DNA of 63,906 nucleotides, counting the filler, from Stramenopiles sp. TOSAG23-2 (taxonomy: Eukaryota), in the NCBI GenBank assembly GCA_900128395.1. It is 3 parts of 3 records of this genome, joined end to end, with 100 filler letters (N's around TTAATTAATTAA, not from the genome) between each part and the next. Parts side by side here need not be neighbours in the genome. Positions count along the whole stretch, not along the records: positions 22,636 to 45,090 come from LT649512.1; 2 more parts are not named here. One strand, 5' to 3'. Below, piece by piece: positions 22,536 to 33,000 of the stretch. The position numbers were made by a program, and so were the translations under genes. Each line of letters starts with the position of its first letter. Positions within the stretch are counted from its first letter, which is position 1. Below the pieces are notes generated by a model. The model saw nothing but the letters and a program-made list of their open reading frames with translations, had not been told where the DNA came from and did not search any database.

Positions 22536-22635
22536 NNNNNNNNNNNNNNNNNNNNNNNNNNNNNNNNNNNNNNNNNNNNTTAATTAATTAANNNNNNNNN
22601 NNNNNNNNNNNNNNNNNNNNNNNNNNNNNNNNNNN
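22536..22635. other. Artificial contig-joining linker
   Basis: 44 N, then TTAATTAATTAA (stop codons in all six frames), then 44 N. Confidence 0.97.
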
Positions 22636-22860
22636 GCATATTACTTAACACGAGAAGTGTAAAATTATTATAACTTAGATTTTAACCGTCGTTTTATACA
22701 AGGGGTAATAATATATATTTTATCATCTTTTTTTTTACATTCTCTCTCTATTTTAGTTCTATCTCTCTATATAGTGCTCTATATTTTTTTTACACATATT
22801 TTCTTAAAATTTAATAATACTTCGGTGTATATAATATACCTTTTTATTATAAAATAAGTT

Positions 22861-25746
22861 TTACATCAACAAAAAATCATCGTTCTTTCGATTTGGATGG
22901 AATTTATGTGCTGGCTCACCTTGCAATTCATCTGCTAAATCTAATAACGTTTCCTCGAAATGATTTCTTGTCCAATTGACTTGTGAAAACATACGTCGTG
23001 GTGGTGGTACAGGACCATTTTTTAAACTTGATCTTGTACTGCTTGTACGTTGACTTGTACCAGCTTTAAATACTCTTGTACGCTCAGGTGTTAATACTGC
23101 TCGTATTTGTGTTTCTAAATTTCTATTTGATCTAGTAGTCTTATTAGACTTTCTAGAATTATTATTGTTATTACTTGAATTGTATAAACGGCTACGTTTA
23201 TCATCAATACCAAGTTCTGATGCTGAATATCGCTCTTGTTGCCATGGCAAAATACCATTTCCAGGTTCAACATATTTCCCTTGATTTTTTAAAAATTGTT
23301 GATAATCATCATCTTCTAATCGTTCTAATTCTTTTACTTTTACCGCAGTATTCGTAGCAGTAGTTTGCAATGCTTTCATCCAACGTCTAGATAAATTTTT
23401 CTTTGTTCTCATTTCAGATACAGGACCTAAAACAGGAGCAGGTCGTAAACGTATATATTGATTTACATCAACATTTTGACAAATATCATATAAATCATCT
23501 GCAAATAATGGATCCGTCCCAATTAATTCAATCGCATAATCAATATCGCCAGCAGTCTCAGCAATCGCACAAAATGCTGCCTCTGCAGATATAGCTGGAT
23601 GTGCTTTTTGAATATATCCTATTTTCATCCTCATCTCCAGCCGATCTGAAAATAAATGTTCTGATTGTTCTAAACGTTTCATCCAATGACGATAATGACC
23701 AGGTGTACCTTTTGGAAACCCTGATCTTCCAGTAGGGATTAATTGTGGCTCAATATTTGTTAATACTACTCTACGACGAGTTAAAAATCCACGAGCAGCC
23801 GCTTGAATATCAATTGCAGCCCATTGACGATGCAATGCCAAACGTAATCTAAATCCACGAAAGGTCGCTTGAACTTTAATTGCCATGATACGTCTTCTTT
23901 CATTGATTCGTTTCATTAAAATAGCTCGTTGTCGCAATGCTTTCATTCTACCAAACATTCCCCGGATACCAGCTTGTATTATAATAGCTGATTTAATTTT
24001 TAATATTAAATGTGATCTGTCTAAAAACATTCGCACAGTCGCTTGTACTTTTAACAAGGACGTTTCTCTCTTTTTCATTTGACGATCATATCGAGCTTTT
24101 AACACTTTCCATATTTTTAAAAAGCGTCTACGTGCTCTCATACCACGAAATCGTCGTTGAATTTTGATCACAGTTTCCGTTTCAAATTTTCTTTTTTTTC
24201 TAGCAAATGATCTACCACGATTACCTCGAAATACTTTTTGCATTTTCAATGCAAATCGTTCTTCTACATCAAAATAATGTGTCCACTTTTCTTTAATTGC
24301 TGGATCTACGTTTTTTTCTATCATCAATTTACGAATGATATGATCATATGGTTGAGCACTATGTGCAGAATCCAATGCAGCTAATTTTTTCGCTAAATAT
24401 TGTTGTGATAATTCTTTGTTATCATTTGAATTCATTCCTTCTAAAACATCGTAACATGTATATAAATCATACCATAAATCCTTTAACTTTTCCCGATCAT
24501 AATCTTCAATTCCAAATTGTGCATCTATATCAATAGCTTTATCAATTGCAACATCTAATAAATCAATTGCTTGATGCCAAAAACCTCGTTCAATATGTAA
24601 CTTGGCGACAGTTGTCCATGTATCTGGTGTATTTACAAATTGACGTATTGTTTTTATTTCAAATGGTATATAATTTTTTTTTCTACTTTCTTGGAAAACT
24701 TCAGAAAATGCCATACTAGCATCTTGCATTTTCCCTAATTTTTGGTACATCCGAGCACATATGAAAATGATATGCCGACCAGCATATGGTTTTGGTGCAT
24801 TTTCTAATATATGTTCCCAGTATTTAATACTTTCCTCGTACAATTCTAATCTCCATAAACATGCTGCATTTAATAACATAACTTCATTCATTTGTTTATA
24901 CAATGGCACTTCCATCATGATATTTGATAACATTTTCAATGCACCTTCAAAAGATCCATAATAAAAATAAACTCTTGCTAATTCATATAATACATCCGCT
25001 TGAAAAGCATCATCAAACGTCCCAGCGGTTTTTGCCATAATGCGACAGCATTGTTCATAATATTTATGTGCATTGACTAAATATTTTTCTTCTCTTTGAT
25101 TTCGTTTCCACATTTCAAAATTTGCACCTGCAATAGCTCTAAAAACTTGTGGACTTTTCGAGCCTAAATCAATAGCTTTTGTTAAAACTTCAATACATTT
25201 ATCAATATCTTCCGTACCGACTAAAAATACACCTAAATGTTCTAATGCTTCTAAATCTTCCGGATTTGCTTTCAATGCTTGTTCATACCTACCAACAATA
25301 ACTGGTCTTTCTTTATCACCTTCGCCATCTTCTACATCTAACATACCCATCGATGAATTTCTACGTACAGGGGTTAACGATGATACTTTATAAAAACTAT
25401 TTTTTCTACGTTTCTTTTTTTCTTCTTTCGTATGATGTAATGCAGCTGCAACTCGTTGAAATCCAGGTGTTAAACTATCTAATAAACTATGTTTTTTTGA
25501 ACCTTCTTTTTTATGATGAATGGAATGAATATCTTCCTCTTTACTTTTTTTCTGCGTCAAACGAGAGAAAAAAGATCGTCTTTTCGTAACACTTTTCATA
25601 ATTTTTTTCTTCTCGCTTTTACTTAACTTTTTTGTACTATTGTCACGTTTTAATTTAAGTGCTTCCACTTCCTCTTCTTCTATAGTTTTCTCTTGCTTTT
25701 TTTTACTTTTAAATGTCACCATGGATCTTAATCTTGAAAACGACAT
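22861..25746 (-). CDS. TPR-repeat protein with multiple IQ calmodulin-binding motifs and a possible UBA-like segment
   Basis: TPR-like helices (YEQALKANPEDLEALEHLG; VLYELARVYFYYGSFEGAL). IQ motifs MQKVFRGNRGR, IQRRFRGMRAR, IQAGIRGMFGR, VQATFRGFRLR and IQAAARGFLTR. UBA-like PAISAEAAFCAIAETAGDIDYAIELI. Confidence 0.82.
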   Translation of the reverse strand: MSFSRLRSMVTFKSKKKQEKTIEEEEVEALKLKRDNSTKKLSKSEKKKIMKSVTKRRSFFSRLTQKKSKEEDIHSIHHKKEGSKKHSLLDSLTPGFQRVAAALHHTKEEKKKRRKNSFYKVSSLTPVRRNSSMGMLDVEDGEGDKERPVIVGRYEQALKANPEDLEALEHLGVFLVGTEDIDKCIEVLTKAIDLGSKSPQVFRAIAGANFEMWKRNQREEKYLVNAHKYYEQCCRIMAKTAGTFDDAFQADVLYELARVYFYYGSFEGALKMLSNIMMEVPLYKQMNEVMLLNAACLWRLELYEESIKYWEHILENAPKPYAGRHIIFICARMYQKLGKMQDASMAFSEVFQESRKKNYIPFEIKTIRQFVNTPDTWTTVAKLHIERGFWHQAIDLLDVAIDKAIDIDAQFGIEDYDREKLKDLWYDLYTCYDVLEGMNSNDNKELSQQYLAKKLAALDSAHSAQPYDHIIRKLMIEKNVDPAIKEKWTHYFDVEERFALKMQKVFRGNRGRSFARKKRKFETETVIKIQRRFRGMRARRRFLKIWKVLKARYDRQMKKRETSLLKVQATVRMFLDRSHLILKIKSAIIIQAGIRGMFGRMKALRQRAILMKRINERRRIMAIKVQATFRGFRLRLALHRQWAAIDIQAAARGFLTRRRVVLTNIEPQLIPTGRSGFPKGTPGHYRHWMKRLEQSEHLFSDRLEMRMKIGYIQKAHPAISAEAAFCAIAETAGDIDYAIELIGTDPLFADDLYDICQNVDVNQYIRLRPAPVLGPVSEMRTKKNLSRRWMKALQTTATNTAVKVKELERLEDDDYQQFLKNQGKYVEPGNGILPWQQERYSASELGIDDKRSRLYNSSNNNNNSRKSNKTTRSNRNLETQIRAVLTPERTRVFKAGTSQRTSSTRSSLKNGPVPPPRRMFSQVNWTRNHFEETLLDLADELQGEPAHKFHPNRKNDDFLLM

Positions 25747-27011
25747 GGTGATAAATGAATGATATTATGATGATGGACAATGACAATGTTTTATTATTTT
25801 TTTGTTTTGTTTTACAATATTGGTATTGGTTATTATAATTATAATAAACAAGAAAAGTCTTTCAATAAATATGATCTATTTTTGTTATTATTATGATGTA
25901 TATAATATATACAATTGATTTATATAATATAATTATGAAGACGTGGTTAGAATTATTATATATTGTTTATATAATAATAATTCCTCTATATTCTATTCCC
26001 ACGTATCACAATGATCTATAATATTTTAAGCGAATATGTATTGCAGTTTTCTACGTTCTGTTTGTGTTTCTTCTTTTCCCCAATTGCCCAATTCTACCAA
26101 TACATAGGTGTGTATATAAATTATTAAAGCGAAAAATGAAAAAACGCATCTATTTTCTGCTGCTGATGTAGCTGCTGCTTTTTTTTGCATGCCCGGCATG
26201 CCTTTTCCTCCAGCCTTTATAATACCTTATAAGGCCAGCTTCTTCTTTTCCGTGATGATATGTTTGAATGTGCTATTTACATGCTATTTATTATTAGTTG
26301 CGTTTCTATTTTCCACACTCAGAGGCACACACCATCACAAGCATCCCAGCATTTTTTGTGTGATAATATTATCCTGGCAATACCAGGAATACAATCCTTT
26401 GTTATTTTTTTCCAAAATCCTTCCCTCGTAATCCTGTGCCATTTTAAAGCTTTATTACAGTATCAGGATAGTATACAACGATATCACAAATCAGAAAGAA
26501 TTTCCAAAAGAATTTCCAACAGTAAAAATACCGCATGCCTTAGCATGCTATGGCATTGTATTCTTGTATTATATTCCAGTATTCTACAAAACTATGCCAC
26601 TATTGGCTCTTAATGGCACCCTAATCATGTGCCGTTAGAATAATTTGTACGAAAGATTTATAGTAAAATTTGAAATTCATAGGCATAAGATGATGCTACC
26701 ATGCTAAAACATTTTCCACAGTCTAATACAACATAGTAATAATACTATTACTATATAGAGCTTTGCACTAAATAAAAAATGAAAAGAATTAGATTTATAA
26801 TTAACCGTAGGAAAATACTTACTAAACACACACACACACACACAAACACACGTACATTTTCTTTTCACTTCATTTCCAAGAATTTATGCAACGGTTGTAG
26901 ACAACCTATCTTCTGGACTTTAGTACATTTTATTGTGTCAAGCATTAGATAAGGAAAGTTGGTAGATTGTAGATACAGAGGTATAAATAGTGTAAAATAA
27001 AAACGTTTAAA

Positions 27012-30000
27012 ATGGGGAAACCTCAGCTGTTAATACCACTATTGATGACTATAGCAATAACTTTTCCTGATGTAATATACTCATGTAAAGAAGACATGGA
27101 CTGTTCAACTATTTATCCCAGTCAAGGAAGATGTACGACGGGACTTGGCAAGCGCAAAGAGAAAGGTTGCATCTGTTCATGTAGTATTCAAGATATAAAG
27201 AGTGGTATCTGTGACAATCCGAACGGTGTGACTCCAGAGGTTTTACAAGATAGACACAACGAATGGTTTGGTGTGAAAGAAGGAAATGTAGACTCAACTA
27301 CATATGCGTTTCCAAAACCTTTAGGATTTACGGGGGCAACTTGTAACGTACCACTTCCACAATCAGTTCACAGTTGTAGTAGACAGAAAAAACAATTCGG
27401 AGATGGATATTTTGGATCATGTAGAGCCGAAGTAGATGCAGTTGGCCAACGTAATGGAAAAGATAGGACAACAGAAAAGCAAGGGGGAAATGTAACATTT
27501 TATGTGGTTGGGGCAAAAAATTTGCCTGCAAAAGACTCCGAGTTTGCAATTGCAAGTGATCCATATGTAAAAATTACTATTCCAGCACATTGCTCGAATC
27601 CTGATCCGGATTATAATGACAATTTAAACAGCCCTGTATGTACAGAACCAGAGGTTTGTGATTGTGCGAACCCAAGTGGAGATTGTTGTAAAATAGCATG
27701 TGACTGTGAAAACCCAAAAAAAGGAAAAGGGATATTTACACACGTTATGATACGAACTACTGAAGTTATTAGCAACGATGAAAATCCGAAATGGCCAGGA
27801 ATTGGTGAGCCGTTATATTTTGGTGTGCAGGAAAGTGGACAACCATACAATGTTGAAGTCTTTGACGAAGACGCGGGTTTTGAGCTTTTTCCAAATTTAG
27901 CAGACGATCTCCTTGGAAGTGCTACTGATTATATATTCGCTTGCTCTTCCCTAGATGTTCAAACGCCTGCGTTGTTTGTTGATGATAGAGCACCTTATGA
28001 TTATGGAGAAATATGGGCCTACAACAAAAGGTGCGACGGGGATGCAACTACAAGGTGCACATTTAATGATGATTGTCAAAGTAAATTATGCGAAGGGCCT
28101 TATTCCGATATGAATACAATATACAAGCGGGGAATCAAATGTTTAGAAGCAACATGGATACCGTTAATACCAGATGCGGCACCTAATTACTGTGATGGCG
28201 AAGACGCGATTTGTCTTCAAATACGTATGGATATTCTTCCTTTATCTGTTACTAATATAAAAGTAAATGAAGCAGATGCAAATGGAGAAACTTTAAAGAC
28301 AAGAGCATCAGCTGTTATAAATGACGAAGTTTTAACAGGAACAAAATTTTCCATGCCGTATGTCGACGATGCCATAACTCTTATCAATGGTAGAACTTTG
28401 GGTGGTTGGGCAGGGGCAAGAGGAGGAATGATTGTACAAACATTCAAAAACTCCAGAGCCGTAAACAATAAGAGTCCTAATTTTATAACTTTTACTGTCA
28501 ATTTAGATTGCGAAATATTCATTTTTCGCGAAAATGACGCGAATTTTAGAGGAAAATTTGATGGAGATGCAAGACCTTTGGCGTGGATGGAAGCTTATGA
28601 ATTTGAATATGATATTGAATTAGAGGCAAAATTTCCTGGTCAAGCTGATACAGAAGTATGGTCTGGGTGGAGAAAAAAATTTAAAAATGATCCTGATGAT
28701 CCAAGCTCCCCTCAATTTCCTCTTACGTTAACATTTGGGGGCAATAATAATGTCGTTGAAGGGGAGGTAGATATAAATGGAAACCCTGCCGGTGATTCCA
28801 ACCCAGATAGCCATTATATTATTATAATAAAATCTTTAAATACGGAAGGGGACATTATAAGAAACGTCAGGAAAGACTTTAATTTTATGGATGTTTTTTT
28901 CGGGGAATTAGTCAAATTCGGAATTCCAATTGCAATATTTTCATGGATCATCGCATTGTTTTTAGACAAAATTGATTATAGATTAGATAGAATCGAGTGT
29001 TATTTAATAGATATGTTGAAAGAATTCGAAGAAATGGATGAACCATATCTCATTGGAGGTTTGTTTATTGGATTTTCATTAGAGCCTTCGGAGGAGGACC
29101 CTTCGAACTTAAGATTTCGAAGACACTTATATTATGCAGCCACTACTATTCGAATGCTAGTAGCTATTCCTTTCTTGAGTATATTTTGTTTCGGGGCTGT
29201 GTGCATTTATACTGTACAACCACCTGCAATCGGTTTTGCCATAATCTTGGTGCTGTACCCAGTCTTTATTGCATGGGCTGCAAAGAAAAAGTGGGATATG
29301 CTTGGATGGAGATTGTCATACGACGTGTTGAAAATGTTTCAAGTTTCATTTGTTATGCTAATGGTGTATTTGATTCTATCGCCATTAATTGATCCTGCCT
29401 ATTTTAAGCTTCCAGGAGATAATACGACTCGTTTACCGGTCGATACATTCTCCGTGACATGCGTATCAATGGCTTTGAACATGTTGCCGATGATGGTAAT
29501 TGCATTCATCAATGATGAAGAACTATCTAAATCATTTAAACAAATGACGGCGGTTGTTTCAAAAAATCAGAAATTAAGTAGAGCGAAAGACAAGTTAAAA
29601 AAAATTGGAACTTTAGGCTTAAAGCTTCGAATGATGAAAGCCAATCATGAGCAAGCGAATAATACAGGAGTACCAGAGCCTAAAGAAAAAGACCATACAA
29701 TGGCTGATTATTTAGGAGAAGATTATACCATTGATGGGCGTCTATCAGCATTCAACCATTCAGATCCAATGGCTACAGGAATGTTTGCATCTCGCCGTGA
29801 ACGAGTTAAGACCTCACAACGACTATATACCGCTTCTATTGTAGTATTGGCGTTGTATAACCTGATTATGGAAACAGAAGGCGCGGCAAAATATTCTGGG
29901 CAGGCGTTTGGTCTCTCATTAACCGTAGTTGCATTGGACATGTGCTTTTGGCTTCGTTTCCGCGGAAAATGCGAATGGGGACCAGGTTACACGGTAATGC

Positions 30001-33000
30001 TTTTAATTGCGTGTAGAGCATGTTTGGTGATCTTTTGCGGCGACTACTGGCTTATTGGATGTGCCGGTGCCTATTTCGTATTGGGTGTTGCTCTAGGCAA
30101 TGATATTGTCGATTACCGTCTTAAAATTATGAATTCATACGAGATTGGAGCTGTTGCATTTTTTGGCAATGTTGAAAAAGAAAAGAATAACGACATCGCG
30201 GCATCACCGGAGTTTGTTCTTGGGGTGCTTTCGTTTGAATTTCTTGTTTTATTGCTCGGGGCTATTTTTTTGATTTCACCTGAGGCGATGCCAAAATTTT
30301 CAATATTGACACAGCAATGGCCTGTATGGATTTTCGGATTAATGTCTTTTTTTGTCGTTATTTTATACGCGTTAAGCATAACCACATCGCGCTCGTATTA
30401 CCTTCGAGCAAAGGGTCTGTTATCGTCCGAACTATTTTTTTTTCGACGAAACATTAAAGTTCCAGAAGTTCTTGCTGCAGCTACATATGGCTGGTTGCAA
30501 TTGCTTGGTTTGATGATGTATGCCTTGACAGACTCACACTTATTTTTAGAGTTGACCATTCTGTTACCGATTATAACAGGCCTTGGCAGTAGCCTTTTGA
30601 ATGTGTGGCGTAAAAATGATTATGAATTTCTTCCATCATTTACAAAACCAGAGAGGAGAGTTGAGCAAAAAGAGAAAAACGACGATGATGACGACGAGGA
30701 GGAAGATAAAGAAGATTACGAAGGCAAAAGCTCCGCTTTCACTGGGTTTGCCCTACCCCCGTTACAAAAAGGCGATGATGGGGAAAATTCTGGTGGATTT
30801 CTAGGAGGTCTTGGTGGAAATATTAAAATGCCAGCTTTACCAATGCGATCTGCATTTGGAAGTAAACAGCAGGCCGAGGCAAGTCAAAATGGTAGAGATA
30901 GTGGAGGGTATGGGGATAGTGGTAGACAAGCTAGTATGGATATGATGACACAAGGAAAATTCGTGTTGAAAGACCAATGGGAACTTGAAGACCGAAAATT
31001 AATAGATCCTCGCGATATGCTGAGCTTTGAAGCTTTAATGAAAGGAAAGTTATCCCCAAACGATTATTTTATCGTTGCAAATTTACTAGTTTTTCTATTT
31101 GCTATTTTTGTTTTAGGGTTTATCATGACATTAACATTAGAGGATGCCTATAAATGGACAGGATTTGCGTTTACAGGAGGCATGTATTTAATGATATGTA
31201 CAGCTTTCCCAATTATTAAATATTTCAACATATTGAAATGGACATGGGATATGATTGTATGTCTGGTAATAGCAGGCATGATAGATATTGGTGGAGGATT
31301 GTTTTTTTGGTTAGTCATTTTAGGAGACGCAAATCCACGCAAGGGTGAAATTGATATAAATTCAAACATGGCGTTGGCTTGTTTGATTATTACCTTTTAC
31401 TACCCTTTGCTAGTTCTTACCGGGGCAGCTATTTATAAATGGCACGATGATCAATGGCACGATGGTAAATTTGTAAAAATTGTCATGCCAGTTAGTTTTT
31501 TCTTCATAATCATCTTAAATGTCATTTTGTACCTTTGGTCACCAATGCGTCCGCCATACAATATATACCCTGGCCTGGTATTTACACTGGTTTTTGCAAC
31601 TGCATCGACATGTTTGTTTCTTTTACGCATATGGACAAAAAACGATCATTACTTACCACCAAAATATCAAAGACGTTTAAAATCTACCCTCGCGGGAATT
31701 TCAGCAGTGTCATTTGCTGTAGGTATATTTTCTACCACTAACGATACCTTAGTTTTTGCAATGTCAATTGGTTTCCTTTGCTATATTGTCTTATTATTTG
31801 GAGAGGTTCTTGGTTGGCATTTCGCTCGGCCTGCTGTTTCTCCAATGTACGTTGCCCATTGCGTGTTTCCAATGTACACGTATAATCCCGCAACAAACAA
31901 TATAAGGGAAGAAACTGGTATTGGTCTTACAATGTATGCTGGATTTGGTGTTACCTTGATCTGGGGTATTTTCTGCATAATGTTTGTCAATCCCATAGGT
32001 CTAGGAGTTGCAATTACTGCTGGGATGTTGCTCGCATTTACTACAGTCACATTACACTTGATATCATTGACTCCACAATTATTAGGAGAGGCAACGAAAT
32101 GCGTTGACCAAGCTTTATTAGAATTTTCAGGTGGAGAAGCATGTAAATATTTTGAATTACGACGTTCTATGGTGACACCAAAAAGTAGAAAATGGACAAG
32201 AATCGATGAGAAAGAACGCGAGGAGCAAAAAATGCTGAATAGATATGCAGCTAAGAAGAAAGACGAAGATGATGGCCCACGTCAAGAACCGGGGCGTTCA
32301 AAAGCATTTAAAGCCGCACAAGCTGTTGAAAATATAAATTTCAGCATGGAATTCGAAGATTTTGAATCCATGTATTATGGAAAAAGGCGATTTGATGCAA
32401 TTTTTAACTTTTCATCTGCTTTATCTGACTGTTTTCGACATGGTGGTGGTCCACTTGCATTTTTCTGTTGCATGGGACGAATGAGTATTTGTTGTCGAGC
32501 ATTAAGCTGTTGCAAAAAACGTGGACGCAATAAGTACAAAAAGAAGAAGAAGAAGAAAAAGAAAAAACGTGCAGTAATGCCATCAAAATCTGAAGAGGGG
32601 GAGGAAAAAGATGACGAAGAGGAAAAATCACACGAAGAAAGCGATGAAGAAAAGGAAGAAGAGAGTGGGGAGGAAAGTGAGGAAGAAGAAGAGGAAGAAG
32701 AAGAGAAAAAACCTTTGAAAGAAGAACCTAAATTGCCATTACGAAATTATGTCAAATTATTTGGGCAATTGCGAAAATTAGATAGACAACTTAACAAAGA
32801 ATACGAAGAGGAAATACGAATGCTTATACATTTTGAACTCCTAGTAGTAGTAGCAGCAAAATCAAGAATTGAGAAGGAAAGCACGCTGTTCCAAATGTTC
32901 TTGCGAGAAAATAGATTTAAATTATTAGCTAATGGAGTGAAACCGCCTGCTGACATATTCCGTTCAAATAGTTATGCAACAATTGATGTTGGCTTGGTAG

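Noticed and set aside
22580-22591. TTAATTAATTAA palindrome inside N runs (also at 45135-45146)
   Set aside because: Artificial six-frame-stop linker, not biological; linkage across it cannot be inferred.
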